Assembly (NCBI GenBank): GCA_963796285.1
Contig: CAWCKW010000012.1
Span: 96,001 to 160,000 of the forward strand
Direction: 5' to 3'
Source: Nitrospirota bacterium
GTDB lineage: Bacteria; Nitrospirota; UBA9217
DNA length: 64,000 bases
The translations under genes were made by a program, and so were the position numbers. The notes beneath the pieces were generated by a model that worked only from the letters and a program-made list of their open reading frames with translations, had not been told where the DNA came from and made no database searches. This document shows, piece by piece, positions 1 to 10,158 of the stretch. Within the stretch, counting starts at the first letter, position 1, and the number at the start of each line of letters is the position of its first letter.

Positions 1-432
1 CCCAGGCAGTCCGACTCTGCCCGCCGCATCCTCTACCTTTGCGATAATGCCGGAGAGATCGTATTCGACCGGGTCCTGATCGAGGTCCTGCGGGACATGG
101 GCAAGGACGTGACGGCCGTGGTCAAAGGCTCTCCCGTGATCAACGATGCCACGCTCGACGACGCGCATGCCGCCGGCCTCCGCGAATGCGCCACGGTGAT
201 CGACAACGGAAATGACGGCATCGGTACGCTGCTGGAGGCGTGTTCAGCGCAATTCACGGATGCGTACCGATCGGCTGATCTGATCATCAGTAAGGGGCAG
301 GCCAATTACGAAACACTCGTACAGGAAATGGATGGGCGTATCTTTTTTCTCTTTAAAGTCAAGTGCCCGGTCGTGGCCTCATACCTGAAAAGGGAGAACG
401 GGGACATTGTGGTGACGGGCGGGGGGAATTAG
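1..432 (+). CDS. ARMT1/DUF89 damage-control phosphatase, 5'-truncated by window edge
   Basis: Frame open from base 1: ILYLCDNAGEIVFD...INDAT...IISKGQANYETL...LFKVKC motifs of DUF89. Confidence 0.85.
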   Translation, partial: PRQSDSARRILYLCDNAGEIVFDRVLIEVLRDMGKDVTAVVKGSPVINDATLDDAHAAGLRECATVIDNGNDGIGTLLEACSAQFTDAYRSADLIISKGQANYETLVQEMDGRIFFLFKVKCPVVASYLKRENGDIVVTGGGN

Positions 433-503
433 TGCGGAGCGCGGAATGTGGAGTTCGGAGTGGTCGTCTTAAGAAATCCGTATTCCGCGCTCTGCAATCC
501 ACA
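431..503. repeat. Inverted heptamer tandem array (GCGGAnn...TCCGCnn type)
   Basis: gcggagc gcggaat gtggagt tcggagt followed by complementary units aatccgt attccgc gctctgc aatccac. Confidence 0.6.
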
Positions 504-516
504 GTGAGCATGCCGT

Positions 517-1140
517 ATGCGGACACCGATAGTTGAGATCGACCCCGCCCATCGCGAAAAAGCGTTTTCCTTGTGCAGGGACGTGATCCGCGCAGGCGGA
601 GTTATTGCGTATCCGACCGATACGGTTTACGGCCTCGGCGCGGACCCGAAGAACGCCGGTGCGGTCAGAAAACTGTTCAGCATCAAAGGCAGGCAGGCTG
701 ACCAGCCTATTCTGCTGCTGATCAAGGATGCAAGCGAAGTGAGGGACTGGGCATCGGAGGTCAATCCCGCGGCCGAGAGGCTCATGAAAAAATTCTGGCC
801 AGGACCGCTCACGCTGGTGTTCAAGGCAAAGCCGAACGTGATGGCGGAGCTGACCGGCGGCACCGGGACGATCGGGCTCAGGGTTCCCGGAAATGCGCTG
901 ACGCGGCAGTTGCTTGCAGCTCTCGGCACCGCGCTTACCGGTACGAGCGCGAATATCTCAGGCAGGCCGAGTCTCTGCACGGCGCGGGAAGCTTCTGAAG
1001 TGATCGGTGGGATGGTTGATCTGGTACTCGACGGAGGAAGGGCTGAAGGCGGCAACCCTTCGACGGTCGTGGATGTGAGTACTGAGAGACCGAAGGTGAT
1101 AAGGGAGGGGGCGATCCCTTCACCGGAGATTTTGGGTTAG
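517..1140 (+). CDS. tsaC: L-threonylcarbamoyladenylate synthase (Sua5/YrdC)
   Basis: AYPTDTVYGLG, KGR, WPGPLTLV, TSANISG motifs. Confidence 0.93.
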   Translation: MRTPIVEIDPAHREKAFSLCRDVIRAGGVIAYPTDTVYGLGADPKNAGAVRKLFSIKGRQADQPILLLIKDASEVRDWASEVNPAAERLMKKFWPGPLTLVFKAKPNVMAELTGGTGTIGLRVPGNALTRQLLAALGTALTGTSANISGRPSLCTAREASEVIGGMVDLVLDGGRAEGGNPSTVVDVSTERPKVIREGAIPSPEILG

Positions 1141-1352
1141 TTGCAAATAACATTCTCACGATTGGGGAAAAATATTTCGCAGAGAAAAACGTAAAAAAAT
1201 ATGCCGGGTTAAAACCAGGATTTAAGAATTTAAATTAAACTCTGTGTTCTCCTTTTCTCCCTGCGCTATGGCGACAGCAGGGTACGAGAGATGCCCTTTT
1301 GGTTCAGGCTTGTTCGTGTTAGGGCGTCAAATACTCATTAAAGGATCATTGA

Positions 1353-2669
1353 ATGAAAAAAATATTTGTACTGGATACCAACGTGCTGCTCCACGATCCG
1401 CGGGCGATCTTTTCGTTCGAGGAAAATGATGTAGTGATCCCGATCGTCGTGATCGAGGAACTCGACAAGTTCAAGAAAGGCGTCGATGAGATCGGCAGGA
1501 ACGCCCGTCAGGTCTCGCGGATCCTCGATGAGCATCGGCTCAAGGGAAAGCTTTCCCTGGGCGTGAAGCTTGAGGGCGGCGGCAACCTGCGGGTGGAGCT
1601 CAATCACCAGTCTCCGGACAGCCTGCCAAGCGAGCTGATCGCGACCAAGGCGGACAACCGGATCCTTGCCACGGCGCTGAACCTGAATAATGACGGCCTG
1701 CCGGTGATCCTCGTGACCAAAGACACGAATCTCCGTATCAAGGCCGATGCGCTCGGCATGACCGCCGAAGACTATGAGTCGGACACGATCACGCTCGATG
1801 AGTTGTACTCCGGAGAGGCCGAACTGCTGGTCGCACCGGGGGCGATAGACGATTTCTATGCCAGGGGAGAACTGCTGCCTGCGGACCCGAAGCCGTTCCC
1901 GAACCAGTACGCGCTTCTCAAGAACAGCGCGAACGAGTCGCAGACGGCGCTGGCCCGGTACAGCAAGCAGAAGGGCGTCTTCGTGCCGATCACGACCGCG
2001 AAGCACGGCGTTTGGGGGATCATGGCAAAGAACAAACAGCAGCAGTTCGCGCTCGATCTGCTCTTGAACGATGATATCCGGCTCGTCACGCTCGTGGGGA
2101 AGGCCGGAACGGGCAAGACGCTCCTGGCGCTGGCCGCGGGACTGGAGAAGACGATTGAGGCGCGGACGTTCCAGCGGCTCGTCGTGTCCCGCCCCGTGTT
2201 TCCCATGGGCAAGGACATCGGGTTCCTGCCCGGCGACGTCGAGGAGAAGCTCAGACCCTGGATGCAGCCGATCCGCGATAACCTCGACTTCCTCGTGGGC
2301 TCCTCGGGAGGGCCCGGCCGGGTCAAGGGAAAGAAGGACCTCCAAAGCCTTTTCGATCTCGGGATGATCGAAGTGGAGCCGCTTACCTACATCCGCGGCC
2401 GCAGCATGCCGAACCAGTACCTGATCGTGGACGAGGCCCAGAACCTCACGCCCCACGAGATCAAGACCATTATTACCCGTGCTGGCGAAGGGACCAAGGT
2501 CGTACTGACCGGCGATCCGTACCAGATCGACAACCCCTACATCGACTCATCGAGCAACGGCCTTACGTTCGTGGTTGATCGGTTCAAGGAAGAGCCCATT
2601 GCCGGACACATTACGCTGGTGAAGGGCGAACGCTCCGATCTCGCGGAGCTTGCGGCAACGCTGCTGTAA
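1353..2669 (+). CDS. PIN-PhoH family protein (PhoH2/YlaK type)
   Basis: N-terminal PIN (VLDTNVLLHDP), Walker A GKAGTGKT, YIRGRS, IVDEAQN. Confidence 0.92.
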   Translation: MKKIFVLDTNVLLHDPRAIFSFEENDVVIPIVVIEELDKFKKGVDEIGRNARQVSRILDEHRLKGKLSLGVKLEGGGNLRVELNHQSPDSLPSELIATKADNRILATALNLNNDGLPVILVTKDTNLRIKADALGMTAEDYESDTITLDELYSGEAELLVAPGAIDDFYARGELLPADPKPFPNQYALLKNSANESQTALARYSKQKGVFVPITTAKHGVWGIMAKNKQQQFALDLLLNDDIRLVTLVGKAGTGKTLLALAAGLEKTIEARTFQRLVVSRPVFPMGKDIGFLPGDVEEKLRPWMQPIRDNLDFLVGSSGGPGRVKGKKDLQSLFDLGMIEVEPLTYIRGRSMPNQYLIVDEAQNLTPHEIKTIITRAGEGTKVVLTGDPYQIDNPYIDSSSNGLTFVVDRFKEEPIAGHITLVKGERSDLAELAATLL

Positions 2670-2710
2670 CGGTGCAAAAAAGGAACTATTCAGGACCCTA
2701 AAAACAGATG

Positions 2711-2817
2711 CTCACATGAAGACACGAAGCACACAGAGAAAAGCAAAGGACAAATACACCTTTTATTTAAACCGGGGATGGTAAGCCTTTCTTTGTGCCT
2801 TTGTGTCTTTGTGTGAG
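2711..2817. repeat. Inverted 8/9-nt tandem array (CACGAAG/CTTTGTG type)
   Basis: ctcacatgaagacacgaagcacacagag...ctttgtgcctttgtgtctttgtgtgag. Confidence 0.65.
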
Positions 2818-2870
2818 TAAGCCTGAGCAGTTGCAAAAAACATTCAATTCTAAAAACAGGAGGATACTCA

Positions 2871-3329
2871 ATGGCCAAACAGACATGTCCAACACCGGGA
2901 TTCGAGAAATTGCTGGTTGCCACTGACGGGTCGGAGTTCAGCAAGGCCGCGGTTCACGAGGCGATCATGATAGCCAGTGCCTGTTCGAGCACCTTGTACG
3001 TTCTGCTGGTGATCGAGATAAACGCCGAGGTCGAACTCTGGGATGCGCAGTCCGCGGACAAACTCGAAAAGGACATGAGAAAATACCTTGATGGGATAAA
3101 AGCGAAGGCCGCCAAGGAGGGCGTCGCCTGCGAGGTCCTTCTGCACCTGGGTGACGAGCCGTACAGAGATATCGTCGATGAGGCGAAAAAAAAGAAGGTC
3201 AGTACGATCATCATGGGCAGCCACGGCCGCACCGGGCTCACCCGACTCATGATGGGCAGTGTTGTTTCGAGGGTCATCGGCCACGCACCCTGCAAGGTGC
3301 TGGTGGTGCCTGTAAAGGCGAAAAAATAG
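2871..3329 (+). CDS. Universal stress protein
   Basis: LLVATDGSEFS, IIMGSHGRTGL..MMGSV..RVIGHAPCKVLVV. Confidence 0.93.
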   Translation: MAKQTCPTPGFEKLLVATDGSEFSKAAVHEAIMIASACSSTLYVLLVIEINAEVELWDAQSADKLEKDMRKYLDGIKAKAAKEGVACEVLLHLGDEPYRDIVDEAKKKKVSTIIMGSHGRTGLTRLMMGSVVSRVIGHAPCKVLVVPVKAKK

Positions 3330-3444
3330 ACCATCGGACGCTGTCCCTTCTTCTCCCGGACAACGGAGGGGGTTGAAGTCGTGCCGTAAAAAAATGTCCA
3401 TTGCGTCGTATTTATTTTCCATCCCGGGGGGTTGAACAAGCGAA

Positions 3445-4200
3445 ATGCAGGCGTCGAAACAAGCATATCATAAAATATTTTTTGCAATGAGCTCGCTGGC
3501 GACGATCTTCGTCCTGACGGAGATCATCATGCAATTTTTCGGCAAGAGCATTTGCCAGACCGAGGGATGCAAGGCCGTGGCGCAGCACGTGAGATACGGA
3601 GATCTCTCGATCCTGTTCATCGGCATCGTGACCTTTTCCCTTCTGGCGCTGTTATCGTTTCTGAACCGTTCTGTGAATAAAAAAGGCCTCGATCAGCTCA
3701 TCAACCTGATCCTGATCGTTTCTTTGTCATGCGAAGGATTCTTTACCGGATATCAGGCCTTCGGCATTCACATCCCCTGCGTCCTCTGCTTGATCATCCT
3801 GGCGATCATGGTCATGCTCGGCATTCTCAGACTCCTCGCTGGAGAAACAGCGCTGATAGCAGGATTCGTGTCCCTGGCAGCGGTCTTCAGCATGTTCTAC
3901 CTGGTGCTGCCGGCCACGACGACGGTGGTCTTGCCTGGAAATGACCGGCTTGTCCTGTTCTACAGCAAAGAGTGCAAGCATTGCGCTGAGATCATGAAGG
4001 AATTCGAAGCGAACAAAATGCCGGTGAAGCATGTGGAAGTGAACGGGTATGCCGCGTACCTCAAGGGTATGGGTATTGAGTATGTACCCACGCTCTTCGT
4101 GAACAGCCAATATCAAAAAATATTTATTACCGGTACGGATGCGATCAGGCGCTATCTGTTCACCTGTTCGGCAGCTTCAAAGGCCGCGGAGAAGAGGTAA
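3445..4200 (+). CDS. VKOR-like membrane protein fused to thioredoxin/glutaredoxin-like domain
   Basis: Loop CQTEGC, transmembrane CVLC, soluble CKHC; a possible C-terminal tail lies in another frame up to 4358. Confidence 0.6.
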   Translation: MQASKQAYHKIFFAMSSLATIFVLTEIIMQFFGKSICQTEGCKAVAQHVRYGDLSILFIGIVTFSLLALLSFLNRSVNKKGLDQLINLILIVSLSCEGFFTGYQAFGIHIPCVLCLIILAIMVMLGILRLLAGETALIAGFVSLAAVFSMFYLVLPATTTVVLPGNDRLVLFYSKECKHCAEIMKEFEANKMPVKHVEVNGYAAYLKGMGIEYVPTLFVNSQYQKIFITGTDAIRRYLFTCSAASKAAEKR

Positions 4201-4354
4201 CCAGAAGGTGAGGTCCGGAACTGACGAAGAAACCCCGGCAGACGGATGACGCGGGCATGGCGCCGGACATCTTCAGTCCGCAGGGGATCCTCACCCAGCC
4301 CGTCGCGACGGCGCCTGCTGAGGGGATGTGCAAGGAAGACGAGGTCTGCAAGGA

Positions 4355-4582
4355 ATGAGCAGAAGGTGAACGCGCATTATTGAAAAGCGCTTGTGCGCGG
4401 ATTGCTCACTCGCGCTTCGCAGGTCCATTGGGAACAGGGATGGCAGAGCGTTCATCGATAGGGACAGCGGCGGGATCACGATCGATTTCGATGGATCGAA
4501 AACGACCGCCAACAGGGTGTACGCAGATTCAACGGACAGCGTTGAAATGCTTGGCCATCAACTGATCGATGCGATCCAATAG
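4355..4582 (+). pseudogene. Small HMA-like (CxxC) protein, probably degenerate
   Basis: ATG 4355, in-frame TGA 4367-4369, then LCADCSLALRRSIG..DG...IDFD...SVEMLGH. Confidence 0.35.
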
Positions 4583-4689
4583 CGGCTCGAATAACCTCTC
4601 AGCGGCCTCATCCGCCGGTCTCCCCGGAAGCCGACCCCGGCAATTTAATAGTGGAAAAAATCCTTTTTAGTATGGTACTATAGCCTGCT

Positions 4690-5556
4690 ATGGCAAAAAT
4701 CCTTGAGAAAAGACTTATCCGAACGCCGGATGTTTATTATTATAAAATTGCCGCTCCGCTGATCTCCAGAAAAGCGCTGCCGGGACAGTTCGTCATCATC
4801 CGTCTTCATGATAAGGGAGAGCGGATACCCCTGTCCCTTGCCGATATCAACCCCGCTGAAGGGACCATCAGCCTGATCGTGATGGCCGTCGGCAAGACCA
4901 CGACCGAGTTGTCGGGGTGTCAGGCAGGTGACGAGATCCTCGACCTTTGCGGCCCCCTCGGTATGCCGACCCATATCGAGAATGTCGGGAACGTTGTCCT
5001 GGTGGGCGGAGGGTTCGGCGTAGCGCCGCTTTACCCCATCGCGCGGGCCTTTAAGGCCGCGGGGAATGCGGTGACGGTCATCATGGGGGCGCGGAGCAAG
5101 GACCTGCTGATCTATGAGCAGGAGATGCAGCAGGTCTGCGACAAGGTGATGGTCACCACCGATGACGGCAGCAAAGGAATGAAAGGTGTCGTGACCACGG
5201 CGTTGCAGCAAGAATTGGAAACGAGCGGCGCCGGCCTGGTCATGACCGTGGGACCGGCCATTATGATGAAATTTGTGTGCGAGGCCACGAAGCCGTTCAA
5301 TATCAAGACGACCGTAAGCCTGAACCCCATCATGATCGACGGTACGGGGATGTGCGGAGGCTGCCGCGTGTCCGTGGGCGGTGAGACGAAGTTCGCCTGT
5401 ACCGACGGCCCCGAGTTCGACGGCCACCTGGTGGACTGGGATGTGCTTATGAACCGCCAGAAGGCTTATAAGAGCGAAGAGCAGGAGTCCTTCGAAGCAT
5501 GGAAACTGCGCCATGCCCGGATGCTGGGCAGAGAGAGGCAACCTGTCTGTGAGTAA
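4690..5556 (+). CDS. nfnA: NfnA, small subunit of electron-bifurcating transhydrogenase
   Basis: PGQFVIIR, ERIPLS, GGGFGVAP, [2Fe-2S] motif DGTGMCGGCR...CTDGPEF. Confidence 0.88.
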   Translation: MAKILEKRLIRTPDVYYYKIAAPLISRKALPGQFVIIRLHDKGERIPLSLADINPAEGTISLIVMAVGKTTTELSGCQAGDEILDLCGPLGMPTHIENVGNVVLVGGGFGVAPLYPIARAFKAAGNAVTVIMGARSKDLLIYEQEMQQVCDKVMVTTDDGSKGMKGVVTTALQQELETSGAGLVMTVGPAIMMKFVCEATKPFNIKTTVSLNPIMIDGTGMCGGCRVSVGGETKFACTDGPEFDGHLVDWDVLMNRQKAYKSEEQESFEAWKLRHARMLGRERQPVCE

Positions 5557-6994
5557 TCAAGACCACCGCAACATGATCAGCGCGGGAGGGAAAAAGAAGG
5601 GACCCGCAAAGATCCTGCCGCATAAGACACCTATTCCTGAACAAGACCCCCGGCAACGACGCACGAACTTTGACGAGGTTTCGCTCGGCTATACGCCGGA
5701 GCTGGCGCTCACGGAAGCCGGACGATGCATGAACTGCAAAGACCCGAAATGCGTCACCGGTTGCCCGGTAAGCGTGCCCATCCCCCGATTCATCCAGGCG
5801 ATCAAGGCGGGCGAGTTCGACCAGGCGCTCGAGATCATCCGGAGCGCAAACCTCCTGCCCGCAGTCTGCGGCCGCGTTTGTCCCCAGGAGAGCCAGTGCG
5901 AGCAGCGCTGCACCCTTGGCAGGAAATTCGAACCCGTGGCCATCGGCCGCCTGGAGCGGTTTGCCGCTGACCGGGCGGCGGAGCAGGGACCGGGTGAAGT
6001 TCCTGTGGCAGCGGCATTGACGGGAAAGAAGGTCGCGATCGTCGGCAGCGGACCCGCGGGACTTGCCTGCGCCTTCGATCTCGCCAAGCTCGGCCATCGG
6101 GTTACCATCCACGAAGCCCTGCATGAAGCGGGCGGGGTCCTGGTCTACGGGATCCCCGAGTTCCGCCTCCCGAAGCAGATCGTGGCGCGTGAGATAGCTG
6201 TCCTGAAAAGAATGGGTGTCGAGATCATCACGAACGCCGTGGTGGGCAAACTCATCAGCGTGGACGAACTTATGGAGGATTTTGATGCCTGCTTCATCGG
6301 CACGGGCGCGGGGCTGCCGAAGTTCATGGGCATCGAAGGGGAGCACCTCGCAGGGGTATATTCGGCCAACGAATTTCTGACACGGATCAACCTGATGCGG
6401 GCGTATTCGACGCCGGAATACGATACTCCGATCAGGAGAGGAGAGCGGGTTGCCGTCGTGGGTGGCGGGAATGTGGCCATCGATGCCGCGAGAACAGCGC
6501 TTCGCCTGGGGGCGCGGGAAACGGTCGTCATTTACCGCCGCTCGGAAGCCGAGATGCCGGCGCGGCGGGAAGAAATCCACCACGCGCGGGAAGAGGGTCT
6601 CATTCTCGAACTCCTGACGAGTCCGGAAAGGATCATCGGCGAGAACGGCCATGCCGTCGCGGTCGCATGCGTGCGCATGGAGCAGGGAGAACCCGATGCA
6701 TCGGGACGCCGACGTTCGCACCCAAAGAAGGGATCGGAGTTTCTGGTCCATGCCGATACGGTGATCATGGCCGTAGGCACGAACACCAATCCGCTCGTAT
6801 CGCGGAGCACCAGGGACCTGGCCGTCAACCAAGGCGGGTACATCATCGCCGACGAAAAAACAGGCCATACCAGCCGGGCGGGGGTGTACGCGGGCGGCGA
6901 CATCGTGACCGGCTCCGCCACCGTCATTTCGGCGCTCGGCGCCGGCAGAAAAGCTGCTCAGGCGATACATGCATATTTATTAAAGGCTTCATGA
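5549..6994 (+). CDS. nfnB: NfnB, large subunit (GltD-like flavoprotein)
   Basis: RCMNCKDPKC..CP, CGRVCPQESQCE, GSGPAG, GGGNVAID, AGGDIVTG; GTG start overlaps nfnA end. Confidence 0.88.
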   Translation: MSNQDHRNMISAGGKKKGPAKILPHKTPIPEQDPRQRRTNFDEVSLGYTPELALTEAGRCMNCKDPKCVTGCPVSVPIPRFIQAIKAGEFDQALEIIRSANLLPAVCGRVCPQESQCEQRCTLGRKFEPVAIGRLERFAADRAAEQGPGEVPVAAALTGKKVAIVGSGPAGLACAFDLAKLGHRVTIHEALHEAGGVLVYGIPEFRLPKQIVAREIAVLKRMGVEIITNAVVGKLISVDELMEDFDACFIGTGAGLPKFMGIEGEHLAGVYSANEFLTRINLMRAYSTPEYDTPIRRGERVAVVGGGNVAIDAARTALRLGARETVVIYRRSEAEMPARREEIHHAREEGLILELLTSPERIIGENGHAVAVACVRMEQGEPDASGRRRSHPKKGSEFLVHADTVIMAVGTNTNPLVSRSTRDLAVNQGGYIIADEKTGHTSRAGVYAGGDIVTGSATVISALGAGRKAAQAIHAYLLKAS

Positions 6995-7062
6995 TGGTAA
7001 CGACGTGTTTATGGAATCCTTTTTCATAAGGACCCATACTATCGTGAAGAACGGCAAACATC

Positions 7063-7092
7063 TTGACACGTTGGTGGCCAATATGTTAACGT
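7063..7092 (+). promoter_or_regulatory. Putative sigma70 promoter for resB-resC
   Basis: TTGACA-18 nt-TAACGT. Confidence 0.4.
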
Positions 7093-7122
7093 GTCGCCAC
7101 TGTTTTCACGCGGGAGGTTGTA

Positions 7123-8631
7123 TTGGAAAATAAAAAAGGGATCGTTGAAATTGCAGCGGACAAGGTCTGGAAATTTTTCTCTTCCGTAAAGCTCGCGGTC
7201 GTGCTGCTGATCATTCTGGCGATCGTCTCGGTCATCGGAACGGTGATCCAGCAGAACGAATCGCCGGAGAAATACCTTCAGGAGTACAGCCAGTCCACGG
7301 TCCAGCTGTTCGATATGCTCGGCTTCTTCGATATGTATCATACGTGGTGGTTTGTGCTTCTCCTGTTCCTCCTTACGGCGAACCTGACGGTATGCACCCT
7401 TGACCGACTCCCTCATACATTGCGGATCATCACGGCGCCGCTCAAACCCATTGAAGAAGACAGCCTGAAAGCCGTTCAATTCAAAAAAGAGATAGTGATC
7501 AAGGACGGCATGGACAAGGCAGAGGAGCGAGCGGTCAAGGTCCTGAATGCTCACCGATACCGCTTTGTTGAATCAAGAGTCAACGGCATGACCCAATTCA
7601 TGACCCAGAAAGGCGTCTATAGCCGTCTGGGCGTGTACGTTACCCATACCAGCATTATCCTCATTTTTGTCGGAGCGCTGATCGGCTCGTTCTTCGGATT
7701 CAAGGCTTTTTTGAACCTGCCCGAGGGTTCTGCCTCCAAAGTCGTCTATCTCAGGAATGTGCCAATGTGGGACAAGCTCATGGACGCCCTCGGGATCGCC
7801 GGGAGCCCGGTGATCCTCAATCCGGAGGGAGGCGTGCCCTCCATGCCTCTCGGTTATTTTGTCCGGTGCGACAGCTTCGACGTGGATTATTACATCAATC
7901 CTTTAGGACAGCCGACCGGGATGCCGTCGGAATATCACAGTACGCTCTCCGTTTTCAATCTGGAGGGCCGGAAGATCCTGGATAAGCACATTCGGGTGAA
8001 CGGTCCCCTTACCTATCACGGCATCACCTTCTATCAGTCCAGCTACGGAACGGTCCCGGAGGCCCGCGGAAAGATACTCTTGAACGTCCGTCAGAAAAAC
8101 AGTCCCGTGTCCATGGGAGAGGTGGTGGCCATTGATCCGGGAGGTTCAGCGTATGTTGCATCGATCGACAGGACGATCAAGGTGGTTGGCTTCTCCCCCT
8201 ATGGTGTGAGGGACCCGGCGTCGGGTCAGGTGATGTCCTATCAATCACCGAATGATGAGTATATCAACCCGACGGTGGAGATCGAGGTATATAACGGCAA
8301 GAACCTCGCTTACAAAGCTTATGTGATGAAGACGGATCCGGCCCAGCCCTCGTTGCCTGAAGGTTACACGATCAGCTACAGCGGCTACTGGGGTACGAGG
8401 TATACGGGACTCCAGGTCACCAAGGACCCGGGCGTCTTGGTTGTTTATACCGGGTTCATTTTGCTCTGCATCGGCCCGCTGATCGCGTTCTTCGGTTCCC
8501 ACAGAAAGTTGTGGGTAAGGATCCAGGACCGAAAAGGCCACGTGGTGGTCACGGTAGCGGGCACTGCCAACAGGAACCGGATGGGGTTCGAGCGTGGATT
8601 TAATGTGATTGTTGACGAGATTGCCAAGTAA
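7123..8631 (+). CDS. resB: Cytochrome c biogenesis protein ResB/Ccs1
   Basis: SSVKLAVVLL...IGTVIQQ, DMYHTWWF, conserved His (VTHTS), VNGPLTYHGITFYQSSY, TGLQVTKDPG. Confidence 0.92.
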   Translation: MENKKGIVEIAADKVWKFFSSVKLAVVLLIILAIVSVIGTVIQQNESPEKYLQEYSQSTVQLFDMLGFFDMYHTWWFVLLLFLLTANLTVCTLDRLPHTLRIITAPLKPIEEDSLKAVQFKKEIVIKDGMDKAEERAVKVLNAHRYRFVESRVNGMTQFMTQKGVYSRLGVYVTHTSIILIFVGALIGSFFGFKAFLNLPEGSASKVVYLRNVPMWDKLMDALGIAGSPVILNPEGGVPSMPLGYFVRCDSFDVDYYINPLGQPTGMPSEYHSTLSVFNLEGRKILDKHIRVNGPLTYHGITFYQSSYGTVPEARGKILLNVRQKNSPVSMGEVVAIDPGGSAYVASIDRTIKVVGFSPYGVRDPASGQVMSYQSPNDEYINPTVEIEVYNGKNLAYKAYVMKTDPAQPSLPEGYTISYSGYWGTRYTGLQVTKDPGVLVVYTGFILLCIGPLIAFFGSHRKLWVRIQDRKGHVVVTVAGTANRNRMGFERGFNVIVDEIAK

Positions 8632-8655
8632 CAGCGTGTCTTTCAGGAGGGGTAG

Positions 8656-9897
8656 ATGGAAAGTTCCTTGTTGTTCAACATAGCGACATTGGCGTATCTG
8701 GTGGCGATGGTGCTCTATATCAGCTATCTGGCATTTCGAAAAGAGTCGATCGGCAAGATCGCGTCGATCGTGGCCTCATCCGGGTTAGTGGTCCAGACGA
8801 TCGCCCTTTTCCTCCGATGGAGGGAATCCTACCAGATGGATATCGGCAGGGTGCCGCTGTCCAATCTGTACGAATCCCTGGTCTTCTTCACCTGGAGCAC
8901 CGTACTCATCTATCTCATTGTCGAGTACAAATATAAGACCAGGGCCTTCGGCGCATTCGTGCTGCCGGTCGCCTTTCTGGCGCTGGCATTTATCAATGTG
9001 GCGGGTATCAGCAAGGACATAACGCCTCTCGTACCAGCGCTCAAGAGCAACTGGCTGTTCTACCATGTGCTCATCAGCTTTCTTGGGTACGCGGCCTTCG
9101 GAGTTGCCTTTGCCATCAGCATGATCTATCTGCTCATGGACACGGAAGACCGGGGCCCGGCGAGAAACCTCTACTCTGGGATCGCGGCGATCGTTGTTCT
9201 TGCATTGCTCGGAAATTATATGGCGAGCATGGGAAAAGACATGAAGACGGTGTTCTGGATGGGGCTCGGCGCGCTCATCCTCGCCTGGTTCATCTACCTG
9301 GTCTCATCAGGGGCAAAGCACAAGTCCCAGGTATTTCTCTTCTGGTCGCTCTGCGTGACCATGACGATCAGTCTGCTTGTGGGCATGGGAATCGACTCCA
9401 TATCCCTTGTTTACCACCCCCTTGCCGAGGGCGAGTCATTCAAGGATCACCTTTTTGAAGCAACGTTCCTCAGTCACTCTGTTCCCATGGCACTTGTGAG
9501 TTGGGCTGTCGTGCTTGTCCTGTTCTGGCTGATCTGGTCAAAGGGAATGGGGCTGAAAAAGCTGCTCAAACAGTACATGCCTGCCATGGACATTCTCGAT
9601 GACGTGACCTACCGCATGATCGCCATTGGCTGGCCGCTCCTGACCGGCGGCATCATCACCGGCGCGGTCTGGGCGAACAGCGCCTGGGGCACCTACTGGA
9701 GCTGGGACCCGAAAGAAACGTGGTCCCTCATTACCTGGTTCGTATATGCCATCTACCTCCATGCCCGCTATGTGCGTGGCTGGAAGGGGACACAGATGGC
9801 GGTCATCTCCGCCGTCGGGTTCCTCGCGGTGATCTTCACGTATCTGGGGGTCAATCTGGTGCTCTCGGGGCTCCATTCGTATGGGGGACTGAATTAA
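8656..9897 (+). CDS. resC: Cytochrome c biogenesis protein ResC/CcsA-type (system II heme lyase)
   Basis: PLSNLYESL, LVPALKSNWLFYH, WWD motif WGTYWSWDPKETW, GLHSYG. Confidence 0.93.
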   Translation: MESSLLFNIATLAYLVAMVLYISYLAFRKESIGKIASIVASSGLVVQTIALFLRWRESYQMDIGRVPLSNLYESLVFFTWSTVLIYLIVEYKYKTRAFGAFVLPVAFLALAFINVAGISKDITPLVPALKSNWLFYHVLISFLGYAAFGVAFAISMIYLLMDTEDRGPARNLYSGIAAIVVLALLGNYMASMGKDMKTVFWMGLGALILAWFIYLVSSGAKHKSQVFLFWSLCVTMTISLLVGMGIDSISLVYHPLAEGESFKDHLFEATFLSHSVPMALVSWAVVLVLFWLIWSKGMGLKKLLKQYMPAMDILDDVTYRMIAIGWPLLTGGIITGAVWANSAWGTYWSWDPKETWSLITWFVYAIYLHARYVRGWKGTQMAVISAVGFLAVIFTYLGVNLVLSGLHSYGGLN

Positions 9898-9957
9898 AGG
9901 CTAACGGCCGCTGAAACCCATCGTTTTACGGGTTGGCACATTCAATCAGTCACAGGT

Positions 9958-9991
9958 ACCGCCGGATATGATCCTTTCCGGCGGTTTTTTT
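9958..9991 (+). terminator. Rho-independent terminator
   Basis: ACCGCCGGA...TCCGGCGGT plus T-tract. Confidence 0.75.
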
Positions 9992-10158
9992 ATTTTAATC
10001 GGATTTTTTATTATATAAGAACTCCCCATTCCCTCTGACCATAGTATCACGTCCTGGGGTTTTTTATAGCCCGAAAACCGGCGCTGACCTGTGCTATACT
10101 TCAAGTAGGATGTATACTATCTTATTTCATTACCGTAAACCGGTAGAGGAGGGGAGTT

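Noticed and set aside
4367-4369. Selenoprotein with Sec at codon 5
   Set aside because: The TGA is outside the CxxC motif and no convincing SECIS follows.
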